64,000 nucleotides of DNA from an uncultured Pseudohongiella sp. (GCA_965261275.1 CBDHCL010000005.1:744710-808709); one strand, 5' to 3'. Shown: positions 1-9,707, numbered from the stretch's first letter. The notes: generated from the sequence alone by a model not told the origin. Translations and numbers: made by a program.

Positions 1-1140
1 ATCGATATTCTCAACACGTCCCGTGGTGGAGAGAATGCGCGATATGATAGAAGCCTGACAATTGAAGTGTGGTATCCGGCGGAGCTGGCAAAAAATCAAA
101 CTGCCGGTGGTGAATACCAGGCTATTACACGCAACCCGGCAATTACGGCTACCTTGCATGGCAGAGCAGTACGTGATGCAGCCCCGAATCGTGCTGCTGC
201 GCCTTATCCCCTGGTCATTATTTCCCATGGGTATCCGGGTAATCGTTTTTTACTAAGTCATCTGGGTGAGAACCTGGCCAGCAAAGGCTATGTCGTGGCG
301 TCAATAGACCACACCGACAGTACCTACGATGACCAACAAGCCTTTCAGAGTACGCTTTACAACCGCCCGCTCGATCAACGTTTCGTGCTCGACAGTCTCG
401 CCAATCTTTCCGCAGGCTCTGGCAGTTTTCCTGGCGGCCTGTTAGATGCCGATACAACCGGTGTGGTCGGCTACTCCATGGGTGGCTATGGTCTGCTTAA
501 CAATCTGGGTGGTGGCTACAGCGATGACATTGTTTCCTCATTGCTGGCTCCACCAAATGAACTGCTGGCGCAACATGCTACTGGTAATCCGGACTACAGA
601 TCACACCTGGATCCACGCATAAAGGCAGGTTTTGCAATCGCTCCCTGGGGGATGGTATCTGGCTTTTGGCGAGAACAGGATTTAGCAGGAATCGATGTGC
701 CTACCTTTTATTTGGCTGGCGATGCAGACACAGTGGCCGGTTATGAAAACGGTGTGCGGGCAATTTACGAGAATGCCGTGAACAGCGATCGTTACCTGCT
801 AACTTTCAAGAACGCTGGCCACAACGCGGGCGCACCTTATCCGCTGCCTGTTGAAATTCTTAACAACGAAGACAAGACTGGAGCGGGGCACTACACCGAT
901 CCGGTTTGGGACAACGTGCGCATGAATAATATCATGGATCACTTCGTCACAGCCTACTTCGACCACTATCTGAAGCAGACCGAAGGGCGAATCTCCTACC
1001 TGGATGTGGTTGCAGATGGCGCGGACGCGGTTTATTCGGTGCGCAACGGACAAACAAACGACGATCATACCTATTGGAAGGGCTTCGGCACGGGCAGTGC
1101 CATCGGGCTTAAATTAGAACATCTGCATCCTGGTGAGTAA
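1..1140 (+). CDS. alpha/beta hydrolase, PAF-acetylhydrolase/dienelactone-hydrolase-like (5' end outside window)
   Basis: Frame 1 is open from base 1 (IDILNTSRGGENARYDRSLTIEVWYPAE...), so the Met at 67 is internal. GYSMGG nucleophile elbow (GxSxG). ISHGYPGNRF...ASKGYVVASIDHTDS core. Confidence 0.75.
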   Translation: MDILNTSRGGENARYDRSLTIEVWYPAELAKNQTAGGEYQAITRNPAITATLHGRAVRDAAPNRAAAPYPLVIISHGYPGNRFLLSHLGENLASKGYVVASIDHTDSTYDDQQAFQSTLYNRPLDQRFVLDSLANLSAGSGSFPGGLLDADTTGVVGYSMGGYGLLNNLGGGYSDDIVSSLLAPPNELLAQHATGNPDYRSHLDPRIKAGFAIAPWGMVSGFWREQDLAGIDVPTFYLAGDADTVAGYENGVRAIYENAVNSDRYLLTFKNAGHNAGAPYPLPVEILNNEDKTGAGHYTDPVWDNVRMNNIMDHFVTAYFDHYLKQTEGRISYLDVVADGADAVYSVRNGQTNDDHTYWKGFGTGSAIGLKLEHLHPGE

Positions 1141-1143
1141 AAT

Positions 1144-1431
1144 TTACTTAATCGCCAGTCGAATTGGCAGGGCTGTAATGTCCTGCCATACTTTTCCCGT
1201 CACATAAGGGTCATTTGCTAACCACTGATCCAACTCTTCCCGTGAGTCGAATTCCACGAACATGGTCGATCCGATCATCTGCTCAACCGCGTCCAAAATC
1301 GCGCCTCCCGCGATCAGGTTTCCCGCTTCCCCTGACTGCTTTGCTCGGCTGATATGGGCTTCACGCACAGACATGCGCCGGTTTAGGTCATCTTCATCTT
1401 TGCCGTCGTAGGCTATAATCATAAATTGCAT
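1144..1431 (-). CDS. YciI family protein
   Basis: 95 aa, MQFMIIAYDGKD...REAH...DPYVTGKVW pattern typical of YCII-related domain proteins. Confidence 0.7.
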   Translation of the reverse strand: MQFMIIAYDGKDEDDLNRRMSVREAHISRAKQSGEAGNLIAGGAILDAVEQMIGSTMFVEFDSREELDQWLANDPYVTGKVWQDITALPIRLAIK

Positions 1432-1571
1432 GGCTTCTTCCTTTTCTGAATAGCGGGATTATCCGTTACAGTGGTACTTGAGGACAAGCTTGGCACCGAC
1501 TAAAAAATACCAGCAATAATTACTCCCAATCCACCGATTGAGGCGTTTCCATCACTGACCCCTTAGCCTCA

Positions 1572-2774
1572 TCAGTGATCACGCCGCTCCCCGAATACAG
1601 CCCCCAAACCAGGGGCAGTGATCGCCGTGTCAAACCAGCGATTCAGTTCCTCAGTGCTGCCGGCAGCAATCTGTGCCAGTACAGGCTCGGGCAGGGTGCC
1701 AAAGCGCTTCACCAGAAGCCGCAGCAGCGACCTGGTTTCAGCTCTGGCTTCGCCCCTGACCTCACCTCTAGCTTCACCTTCGGCCAGTCCTTTTTCACGA
1801 CCCAGAGCTTCACCAGCGGCCAGCCCTTTTGCCTCGCCCTCTGCCTCGGCTTGTTTTTTCCATGCTTCTGCAATAGTGTCCAGCAGTGCTTTACCCCTGG
1901 TCTCACCTTCGAGCAAGCCTTCGGCCAGTCCTTTCTCGCGGCCAAGAGCTTCACCAGCGGCCAGCCCCTTTGCCTCGCCCTCTGCCTCGGCTTGTTTTTT
2001 CCATGCTTCTGCAACAGTGTCCATCAGTGCTTTACCTCCATCTTGTTTTGCATCATCCAGTGCCACCCGCACATCGTCGGGCAACACAGTGTATCTCTCG
2101 ACTATATACCGAAACGCAACCTGTTCCAAGTCGCTTCCATCCGGCAGACCGCGCAGTATGGTGGTCAAAATGGCGTGGCTTACTTCATTATTACGCTGCA
2201 CATAGCGCAAGGCAGTCAGAATCGACCGCACCGGCGTATCACCGGATAGCGTCTGTTGCGGCTCGTCGGCCAAATCATGCAGGACATAGTGAAACGATGG
2301 CACAAAGGGGGCGCTGTCTTTATCCGACTGCACCATTTCGCCAAAAACCTGCGGCACGGTCCATGGCGCGCGTCCGTGATAGAACACCATGGGCAGGATC
2401 ACCGGCAGCTTGCGCAGCCTGGCGGGTTTGTGTCCAGCATAGCGGGTCCAGATGCGTACCATATAACCCAGAAGCTGCAAGGGCGTGCCTGCATCAAGCG
2501 TGGATTTATGCTCCAGCAATGCGTATATCAAGGCCGGCGACCCACCGCTGAGTTTGACCTCAAACAGCCGGTCGCTTTGTGTCATGCGGCTGTCTTTATC
2601 GACATAGGTGCCATCCACAAGTTTTGCTGGTTTGTCTACCATACGCGCAGCGAACGCCTTTGGCAGATAGTCCCGCAGCAGTGTTGTTGCCTGACCCGGG
2701 TTTTCCAGCAGAGCGCGGAACAGTGCATCATGGCTGACTTTCGGCAGGGGTTTGGGTTTTCCGGTTTCACGCAT
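1572..2774 (-). CDS. Rpn (YhgA-like) family recombination-promoting nuclease / putative transposase
   Basis: N-terminal HDALFRALLENP...LLEHKS region typical of the PD-(D/E)XK Rpn/YhgA family. C-terminal DUF4351-like tail (LLRLLVKRFGTLPEPVLAQI). Internal 47-aa tandem duplication. Confidence 0.75.
   Translation of the reverse strand: MRETGKPKPLPKVSHDALFRALLENPGQATTLLRDYLPKAFAARMVDKPAKLVDGTYVDKDSRMTQSDRLFEVKLSGGSPALIYALLEHKSTLDAGTPLQLLGYMVRIWTRYAGHKPARLRKLPVILPMVFYHGRAPWTVPQVFGEMVQSDKDSAPFVPSFHYVLHDLADEPQQTLSGDTPVRSILTALRYVQRNNEVSHAILTTILRGLPDGSDLEQVAFRYIVERYTVLPDDVRVALDDAKQDGGKALMDTVAEAWKKQAEAEGEAKGLAAGEALGREKGLAEGLLEGETRGKALLDTIAEAWKKQAEAEGEAKGLAAGEALGREKGLAEGEARGEVRGEARAETRSLLRLLVKRFGTLPEPVLAQIAAGSTEELNRWFDTAITAPGLGAVFGERRDH
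1775..2036. repeat. 141-bp tandem duplication inside the Rpn-family CDS
   Basis: AGAGCTTCACCAGCGGCCAGCCC and CCATGCTTCTGCAA..GTGTCCA.CAGTGCTTTACC recur at an offset of exactly 141 bp. The protein repeat is KAL(M/L)DT(V/I)AEAWKKQAEAEGEAKGLAAGEALGREKGLAEG. Confidence 0.85.
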
Positions 2775-2833
2775 TGTGTCTATCCTCTCGCTGTTTACGC
2801 CACGGTGCGCTTGATTTTAACTCTGTCTCTCAT

Positions 2834-2865
2834 GCCTCTGGGCCTCTGCGCCTCTGCGCCTCTGC
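2834..2865. repeat. 8-bp tandem repeat (GCCTCTGS x4)
   Basis: gcctctgg gcctctgc gcctctgc gcctctgc, read directly, 60 bp upstream of the Rpn start codon. Confidence 0.9.
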
Positions 2866-2888
2866 GCTGGCGGGGCATTCTTTGCATG

Positions 2889-3034
2889 GCGACTGTGCGA
2901 CAAACCCGCGTAAGGCCGTGTTAGCTGTGGAAAACCCTTGCCGGTTTGGGTGTTTTGCTGGATTCCTGCTCCCCGCCTACGCGGGGACATGCTTCGCAGG
3001 AATCCAGTCAAATGTTGGATCTTTGCACAGTCTC
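2889..3034 (+). mobile_element. MITE copy (IS1182-TIR family), diverged
   Basis: Starts GCGACTGTGCGA and ends TTGCACAGTCTC. Left arm aligns to the copies at 10507 and 20891 (GTGGAAAACCCTTGCCGGTTTGGGTGTTTTGCTGGATTCCTGC). The centre carries an extra 22-bp hairpin insert (CCCCGCCTACGCGGGG). No flanking duplication seen. Confidence 0.75.
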
Positions 3035-3335
3035 AATAGTCGGGAAGCCCATTTTGGCTGCTCCGAACGATGTAAAACCTCATCAAAAAGCAAAACGCTG
3101 TAATTCCTTGTTCTGTTCATTCCCGGTAAACCGCCAAATCCGGCAGAGACAGGCTCGCTGGCGACTGCGCCTCCTGCGCCACTTTGACTTCCTGTGAGTG
3201 CCTGTCAGTGTGTCTATCAATTCTTGTCAGTTTTACTGTAGTCCACATCTTGATGGCTCGCTAAAAATTCGGTTTTATAGTCCAAACTAGTAGGGAGAGT
3301 CCATTAATTGAGCAGTGGCCAATAAGCCGGTAGCA

Positions 3336-3499
3336 GAGGTGAGTAAATCGAGAGTACGTTGTATCGACTTTGTAGGGTAGAATAGTCATAAGTCTTGTGT
3401 TGTTGTGCCCATTGGGTGATGAAGGTTTGTGTTGCTAACTCGTATTGTTAAGCAATGTACAGCCAGGGCGTTGTAGGGGTTTCTATCCGGGGATTGGGC
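3336..3499. repeat. ~165-bp non-coding paralogous element, copy A
   Basis: Aligns with 23127-23289 in the same orientation. Shared blocks: GAGGTGAGTAAATCG, GTATCGA, AGAATAGTCA, GCCCATTGGGTGATG, GTACAGC, TTTCTATCCGGG. Confidence 0.8.
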
Positions 3500-3559
3500 T
3501 AGAGAATTTTATCTGACACAAATCTTTCTGTAAGCGCTCTACTACTCTAAGGGTTCGTT

Positions 3560-4345
3560 ATGCTGTTAGCTACAAGCTGTGATTTTGAATTTGAAATTTC
3601 AGTACCCACACCTTTTATTCTCATGCTTAGACCCCGAAGTGGCGCACAACAATGGATTAGTCGCGAGGAGTATAAGTTAACTCCCGCTGTTTCCGCCGTC
3701 GAATTTACAGATACCTACGGAAACCTCTGTCAACGTTTAGTTGCTACGCCAGGGCGTTTTGCTATTCACACTGCGGCGGAAGTTATGACTACCAATATTA
3801 TCGACAAGGCTCCGGCTGCGCCCTTCGTCGAAATTCAACTACTTCCCGATGAGGTGCTGAGCTTTCTTTTGCCCAGCAGATATTGTGAATCGGAAAGCTT
3901 CAACCGCATGGCATTTGAGATCACCGAAGGTCACTTGTTAGGCTATAATCAGGTCGCCGCCATTGAAGACTGGCTGCGTAGAACGATTCGTTATGAGCCT
4001 GGCAGTAGTGATGATCCTATTTCCGCTGTCGAAGTGAATAGAAAACAGTCAGGTGTTTGTCGTGACCTTTCTCATTTGGGCATTGCACTCTGCCGCGCGA
4101 TCAGTATTCCTGCTCGCTTGGTGGTGGGCTATAACTATGGCCTGGAACCCATGGATATGCATGCCTGGTTTGAGGCTTTTGTGGGGGGGCGCTGGTATGC
4201 ATTCGATGCCACGCAGGAAGAAATGACACCAGGGTATGTGGCTATTGGTTTTGGTCGTGATGCGGCTGACGTTGCGGTCTACAATCAATTCGGACCAGCG
4301 GTGTACCCAATTCTTCAACGCGTAAGTGTTGAGCTTATCGAATAG
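3560..4345 (+). CDS. transglutaminase-like family protein (cysteine protease fold)
   Basis: Cys-His-Asp arrangement: QSGVCRDLSHL..., DMHAWFEAFVGGRWYAFDAT. N-terminal Bact_transglu_N-like region. Confidence 0.8.
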   Translation: MLLATSCDFEFEISVPTPFILMLRPRSGAQQWISREEYKLTPAVSAVEFTDTYGNLCQRLVATPGRFAIHTAAEVMTTNIIDKAPAAPFVEIQLLPDEVLSFLLPSRYCESESFNRMAFEITEGHLLGYNQVAAIEDWLRRTIRYEPGSSDDPISAVEVNRKQSGVCRDLSHLGIALCRAISIPARLVVGYNYGLEPMDMHAWFEAFVGGRWYAFDATQEEMTPGYVAIGFGRDAADVAVYNQFGPAVYPILQRVSVELIE

Positions 4346-4531
4346 CACTACCCGGTTGGGGCTATCGGTTAGCTCTATAGCGCAAAGTTAGTGTTGAGCC
4401 GCTATTTTCCCCTGCCAAGAACAGTGTTTTTGGTCGCTTCATTCATTCATTTGGGCATTCGTTCATTGTATGGGGTAAAGACAAAGTGTGACTCAATGCC
4501 CGCGATTATATGTGAGTTCCCAGACACGCAG

Positions 4532-5350
4532 CTAGCTATCCTGAGACTTTCCCCTCGTCTTATAGACATCTTCAAACTGACTCTGCAAACGCCGCATTCC
4601 ACCCAGCCAGCGGTCGTAATCATCTGTTTTTCGGCGCATATAGGTCAGTACTTGCGGATGTGGAAGACACAGAAAATGCTCTTCCGCCAGCGTCTCAATT
4701 ACTGTATCCGCTAATTTATCTGCCTCCAGCATGCCGTCCAAACCGGCGACACCGCCGTCGCCAGCGGTCATGGCGGTTCTTACTGCCTGTGGGCATAGCA
4801 CTGAGACCTTGATTCCGCGATTGCCATAAGTAATAGAGAGCCATTCGGCAAAACCAATGGCAGCATGCTTGGTCACCGAGTAAGGAGCCGAACCCACCTG
4901 GCTGAGCAAGCCAGCCGCCGAGGAGGTATTGAGGAAATAACCCTCGCCGCGCGCCAGCATGGCTGGTAATACTGCTCTTGCGGCAAATACATGGGACATC
5001 ACGTTGATATCCCAGATGCTCTGCCAGGCATCGGTACCGACATTTTCTCCGCCTGCCGTAAAGATACCGGCATTGGAACAAAACAGATCGATCTGGGCAA
5101 ACGCTCGCAGGGCCTGGGTGACCAGATCATTCATTGCCTCTTCATTGCCGACATCTGTTTTTACACCAAGAGCCTGGGTGCTTGCTGAAATATCGGCGAC
5201 GGTCGCATCGATACCTTGCTGATTAATATCAGAAACCACCACGGCTTTCGCCCCCTCTTTGGCAAATCGTTCGCACAGGGATTTTCCGATACCACTGGCT
5301 CCACCGGTTACCACAACTACTTTGTCTTTGACTTGCATGGGTTTTCTCAC
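4532..5350 (-). CDS. SDR family oxidoreductase
   Basis: [13 protein letters not shown] Rossmann motif and YSVTKHA (YxxxK) catalytic motif. Confidence 0.85.
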   Translation of the reverse strand: MRKPMQVKDKVVVVTGGASGIGKSLCERFAKEGAKAVVVSDINQQGIDATVADISASTQALGVKTDVGNEEAMNDLVTQALRAFAQIDLFCSNAGIFTAGGENVGTDAWQSIWDINVMSHVFAARAVLPAMLARGEGYFLNTSSAAGLLSQVGSAPYSVTKHAAIGFAEWLSITYGNRGIKVSVLCPQAVRTAMTAGDGGVAGLDGMLEADKLADTVIETLAEEHFLCLPHPQVLTYMRRKTDDYDRWLGGMRRLQSQFEDVYKTRGKSQDS

Positions 5351-5417
5351 TCGCTATTTAGTCTATTTTTTTAATTGTTGCCATCAGGCCTTGAGGCAGT
5401 CATCGCTATTCAAAAGA

Positions 5418-6395
5418 CTAACTGGCAACCATACCCTGTAATCTTTCCGAAATAATCTGTTCGGCTTCTGTGACAATGCGTGAAATAAGTTCGTCGCAAC
5501 TGGGGTTGTCATCTATCAAACCTACAATCATACCAGCAGACCAAATGCCTTTATCAAGATCACCGTCATCGAATAGCTCCCTGCCCTTCACACCCTGCAC
5601 AAGAGGCCGAATATCTTCGAACCTGGTTTCGCCGGAACGAGATTCGATCTCAACAACTTTCTCCGCTACACTATTTTTAAACACGCGCGCCGTGTTTCTA
5701 AGGGAGCGATAAATCAGTTCTGTGTCCAATTCGGACGCTGCTATCATTCTCTGTTTAACATTCTCGTGAATTGGGGCTTCTCTGGTCACCATAAACCGCG
5801 TTCCCATATTGATGCCGTCCGCACCCATGGACAATGCCGCAGCCAAACCCCTGCCATCGCCCAAACCACCAGAAGCAAGAAAAGGTATCTTCAATTTTCT
5901 CGCTGCCAGAGGCAGCAAAATCATGTTGGTTACATCGTCCTCACCTGGATGGCCTGCACATTCAAAACCATCCACGCTCACCGCATCGCAACCGATCTTC
6001 TCTGCCTTGAGTGAGTGACGAATAGACGTGCATTTATGGATAACCTTTATTCCTGCCTCTTTAAACATGGGCAAATAAGGCTCAGGGTTACGCCCGGCCG
6101 TTTCTACTATTTTGACACCGGCACTGACAATTGCCTGTGCGTAATCATCATAGGGAACTGGTTTAATGGTAGGCAGAATCGTCAAATTAACCGCGAATGG
6201 CTTATCAGTCATATCTCGGCAGCGCTCTATCTCTTTTAACAAATCCTCTGCTGTGGGTTGTGTTAACCCGGTCAGTATTCCTAGCCCACCCGCGTTAGAA
6301 ACCGCCGAGGCAAGTTCAGCCAAACCTACCCACTGCATTCCTCCCTGTACAACTGGGTGCTCTATGCCCAGCATTTCCGTAATTCTTGTTTTCAT
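5418..6395 (-). CDS. nitronate monooxygenase family / NAD(P)H-dependent flavin oxidoreductase
   Basis: MLGIEHPVVQGGMQWVG N-terminus and ASGGLGDGRGLAAALSMGADGINMGTRF FMN-binding segment. Confidence 0.8.
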   Translation of the reverse strand: MKTRITEMLGIEHPVVQGGMQWVGLAELASAVSNAGGLGILTGLTQPTAEDLLKEIERCRDMTDKPFAVNLTILPTIKPVPYDDYAQAIVSAGVKIVETAGRNPEPYLPMFKEAGIKVIHKCTSIRHSLKAEKIGCDAVSVDGFECAGHPGEDDVTNMILLPLAARKLKIPFLASGGLGDGRGLAAALSMGADGINMGTRFMVTREAPIHENVKQRMIAASELDTELIYRSLRNTARVFKNSVAEKVVEIESRSGETRFEDIRPLVQGVKGRELFDDGDLDKGIWSAGMIVGLIDDNPSCDELISRIVTEAEQIISERLQGMVAS

Positions 6396-6804
6396 TTATT
6401 TCCTGTTCTCCCCATCAACATGCCAGTGGAATTTCTCTAGCACAGAATACACGCGGCCGGTCTCGAAAACCGGCAGCCAGTGTACGTGCTTAGCCGCAGC
6501 GGTGCAAAGAAAGAAAGAGGCAAGAGAGAGCCAAAAGAGAGGCAAGAGACACACAGAAAGAGGCTTGGGTCGGTGGCTGTGCTATACTGCCACGCTTTTA
6601 AACTAGCCGCCGAGTTAGCCACCGAACTAGAAACCCAGTCAATTCACCAGCTTTCCGCAGTTCAAGACATGGCGCTTGCACTGGTCGGTCTATAAGAAGA
6701 AAAGAAAGAAAAAAAGCTGAAAACAAAGAATCTGGTGGCCACATAAATAACCACAGAGTGAACATTTGGTCGGAGAACAGGTTTGCCCACAACGGAGATT
6801 TGAA

Positions 6805-8880
6805 ATGAAACCCAAGTTACTGCTTACCAGCCTGGTCGCTGCAACTGCATTTACTGCTGTTCCTGCTCTGGCACAGAACGGCCAGCAAACCATTGAAGAA
6901 ATACAGATTACATCCACCCTTCGAAAATCAGCAGGTCTGGCAGACGTTAATGCGGCGGTTTCCGTGCTTGGCCAGCAAGAATTAACTCTTATTGGACACG
7001 CCCATATTCAACAAGCGCTAAACCGGTTGGCGGGCGTAAGCATTCATAGAAATAATGGCCAGGAAAGTCTTTCCGCGATTCGCTCACCCGTATTAACTGG
7101 TGCTGGTGCCTGTGGTGCATTTCTGGTTGCAGAAAACGGACTACCGGTTCGCTCCAGTGGTTTTTGTAATGTAAATGAAATGTTCGACACACATTCCGAA
7201 AGCGCGGCAAGCATTGAGGTAGTGCGCGGGCCCGGCAGTGCTTTTTGGGGCTCCAACTCGGTACACGGTCTGGTCAACGTGGTGCTGCCCAAAGCGGGAA
7301 ATGCCGGAACACTTACCTTAGAGCAAGGCCCTCGTGGCTCACAACGACTCAACGGATCGTTTGGACAGGACTACGGCAATTTCAAACAGCTACTGCTGAT
7401 CAACGCTGTTTCTGAAGAAGGCTACCGGGACGACAGCGGCGTAGACCAACAGAAAGTCTCATGGCTCTATAACTACACAGGCAGCAATGGAGTCACGCTT
7501 GACGGCGGGTTTACCACGGTAAATCTTAATCAGGAGACTGCTGGTTTTGTTATCGGGTTCAATTCATTTGAAAACAGCAATCTTCGCGCTACCAACCCTA
7601 ATCCGGAAGCCTATCGCGACAGTGTAAACACCCGAATCTGGACTACCATCACGCAGCAGGTGGAAGATTGGGAAGTTGTTATGACTCCTTATTTTCGCGA
7701 GGTCAACATGAACTTTGTGCAACACTTCTTGCCCGGGCAACCAGTAGAAGATACCGGGCATAGAAGCCTGGGCTTACAATTCGCTGCCTATAAAGAATTG
7801 TCCAATGGCGCCGACCTGGCCCTTGGATTCGATGTAGAAGATACCGAAGGTTCGCTTAAACAGTTCCAACCAAACCCAACGGCGGGTTCTTTCTTCATTC
7901 GCAACTCCATCCCACAGGGCAGACACTATGACTACGCTGTGGATGCACGTCAGTTAGCAGGATTTATCAGTTACCAGCAAGACCTTGGCGATGACTGGGA
8001 ATTGTCATTGGGATTACGGCTAGAAAACATGAAGTACTTCTACGACAATAAAATGATAGACGGCCGTAGCGATGAATTTGGTGTAGCCTGCCGCTTCGGA
8101 TGTCGCTATAACCGTCCTGCGGATAGAGATGATGGCTTTACTGACATATCGCCAAAGTTGGGTCTGAGTTATGCCTTGAATAATAACCACAGCCTGCAAT
8201 TTCGTGTGCAACGAGGCTTTCGTGCGCCACAGGCCACCGAGCTATATCGATTACAGAATGCACAAACCGTGGCCGATTTAGATTCCGTAGAACTGGACAG
8301 CTACGAAATAGCGGTTAAGGGCGCCGCTGATAATTGGAATTACTCTGCTTCCTGGTACTTCATGGACAAAGAGAACGAAATTTTCACTAACAGCGCCAGA
8401 GAGAAGTTGAACGATAGCCATACTGCCCATCGCGGCATCGAATTTGCGATGGGTTACGATATTTCTGCTAATTTGTCGGTACAGGGCGTGTTCAATCTCG
8501 CCAGCCACAGCTACGAGAATTCGCAAATCTCGGGTGGTTTCGATATCAATGGCAACGACGTAGACACAGCGCCAAATACGTTTGGCAATCTGCGCTTGCA
8601 GTGGCAGCCGATCGCCTCGGTTCTCACTGAGATCGAACTGGTTAACATGGGCGACTACTACACCAACCCGGAAAACACAGCCAGCTACGAAGGTCATGAC
8701 ATTATCAACTGGCGCACACGGTATCAGTTTAACGACGACCTGACTTTTTCCCTGAATGTGCTAAATGTTCTGGACGAAGAGTACGCAGAGCGTGCTGACT
8801 GGACTACCTTCACCGACGATCGATATTTCCCCGGCGAGCCGGTTCGGGCATTCTTCGCTGTTAGCTGGAATTACAGATAA
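6805..8880 (+). CDS. TonB-dependent receptor
   Basis: ATG at 6805 preceded by GGAGA. Signal peptide MKPKLLLTSLVAATAFTAVPALAQ. Plug motif VVRGPGSAFWGSNSVHGLVNVV. Long beta-barrel region. The ORF-track start at 6766 is probably too early. Confidence 0.85.
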   Translation: MKPKLLLTSLVAATAFTAVPALAQNGQQTIEEIQITSTLRKSAGLADVNAAVSVLGQQELTLIGHAHIQQALNRLAGVSIHRNNGQESLSAIRSPVLTGAGACGAFLVAENGLPVRSSGFCNVNEMFDTHSESAASIEVVRGPGSAFWGSNSVHGLVNVVLPKAGNAGTLTLEQGPRGSQRLNGSFGQDYGNFKQLLLINAVSEEGYRDDSGVDQQKVSWLYNYTGSNGVTLDGGFTTVNLNQETAGFVIGFNSFENSNLRATNPNPEAYRDSVNTRIWTTITQQVEDWEVVMTPYFREVNMNFVQHFLPGQPVEDTGHRSLGLQFAAYKELSNGADLALGFDVEDTEGSLKQFQPNPTAGSFFIRNSIPQGRHYDYAVDARQLAGFISYQQDLGDDWELSLGLRLENMKYFYDNKMIDGRSDEFGVACRFGCRYNRPADRDDGFTDISPKLGLSYALNNNHSLQFRVQRGFRAPQATELYRLQNAQTVADLDSVELDSYEIAVKGAADNWNYSASWYFMDKENEIFTNSAREKLNDSHTAHRGIEFAMGYDISANLSVQGVFNLASHSYENSQISGGFDINGNDVDTAPNTFGNLRLQWQPIASVLTEIELVNMGDYYTNPENTASYEGHDIINWRTRYQFNDDLTFSLNVLNVLDEEYAERADWTTFTDDRYFPGEPVRAFFAVSWNYR

Positions 8881-8936
8881 TATGTTTGCAAGTTTGCGAC
8901 AAGCCAGCAAGCAGCACGACTGCTCAGCTTGCCAAT

Positions 8937-8972
8937 AAATAGAAATGCCGGCAACAGTCGGCATTTCTATTT
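8937..8972 (+). terminator. stem-loop terminator candidate after the TonB-dependent receptor
   Basis: Perfect 14-bp stem AAATAGAAATGCCG / CGGCATTTCTATTT with an 8-nt loop. Confidence 0.55.
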
Positions 8973-9018
8973 CCAGTAAAATCACCAGGGCTTCCAGCAA
9001 ACTGATAGCGATACAACA

Positions 9019-9675
9019 ATGAGTAAGCCAGACATCGAAACCCCGCCACCTGTTTTTTTTGATTTGCTTGCGCATTTCTGCAGCAGTGGCGCGAGCGCAA
9101 CAGATCCGATTTCGAACCCCGACAAATCTGTCAATCGAATGATGGAAAAGCGTGAATCGTCGCTGAGAAAAGCCTCCGTTCTCATTCCCATTACCAGGCA
9201 CCGACCTGACCATGAAAGCAGGATAGTGCTTACCGTGCGCTCAGAAAGTCTGAATAGCCACGCTGGCCAAATCAGTTTGCCCGGAGGCTCTGTAGAGGAC
9301 GGTGATGTTGATGCGGCGGCCACGGCGCTTAGAGAAAGCGAGGAAGAAATTGGTTTACCCAGAGACAAAGTGGAGGTCATTGGACAACTGGGGAAAATGG
9401 CGCTGCCTTCAGGTTTTCAAATAACCCCGGTCATCGGCATTATCGAGCCCGGCCTGGAATTTGTACCCTGCCCTAACGAAGTTGCCGAGATATTCCAGGC
9501 TCCTCTTTCTCTGGTTTTGGACCAGGCGGCCTATACCGCATCGTCAATGACGTATGACCGGCAATCACGAAAAATTTTAGAATTGCAGTATGAAAAATTT
9601 CGTATTTGGGGAGCAACCGCAGCCATTCTTTATCATCTGGCACAACAAATCGCTGATTCGAAGACCAGGAAATAA
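9019..9675 (+). CDS. nudL: CoA pyrophosphatase, Nudix family
   Basis: Nudix box LPGGSVEDGDVDAAATALRESEEEIGL. ASVLIPI... segment typical of the NudL/NUDT7 subgroup. Confidence 0.75.
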   Translation: MSKPDIETPPPVFFDLLAHFCSSGASATDPISNPDKSVNRMMEKRESSLRKASVLIPITRHRPDHESRIVLTVRSESLNSHAGQISLPGGSVEDGDVDAAATALRESEEEIGLPRDKVEVIGQLGKMALPSGFQITPVIGIIEPGLEFVPCPNEVAEIFQAPLSLVLDQAAYTASSMTYDRQSRKILELQYEKFRIWGATAAILYHLAQQIADSKTRK

Positions 9676-9707
9676 AGCAGGGAAGTCAGGGCTGGTTTCT
9701 TAACAGA

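Noticed and set aside
1575-2551. Long plus-strand ORFs (1575..2249, 1618..2205, 1886..2551, 2256..2924) antisense to the Rpn-family gene
   Set aside because: They are low-complexity Ser/Pro/Ala-rich shadows of a GC-rich, internally repeated gene. The minus-strand frame has clear family motifs. There is no independent support.
4391-4714. 107-aa plus-strand ORF overlapping the 3' end of the SDR gene
   Set aside because: It is antisense to a well-supported SDR CDS and has no motif support.
6396-6804. Cobalamin or TPP riboswitch upstream of the TonB-dependent receptor
   Set aside because: The conserved core motifs were not found by eye on the plus strand. The region is kept only as a low-interest unexplained leader.
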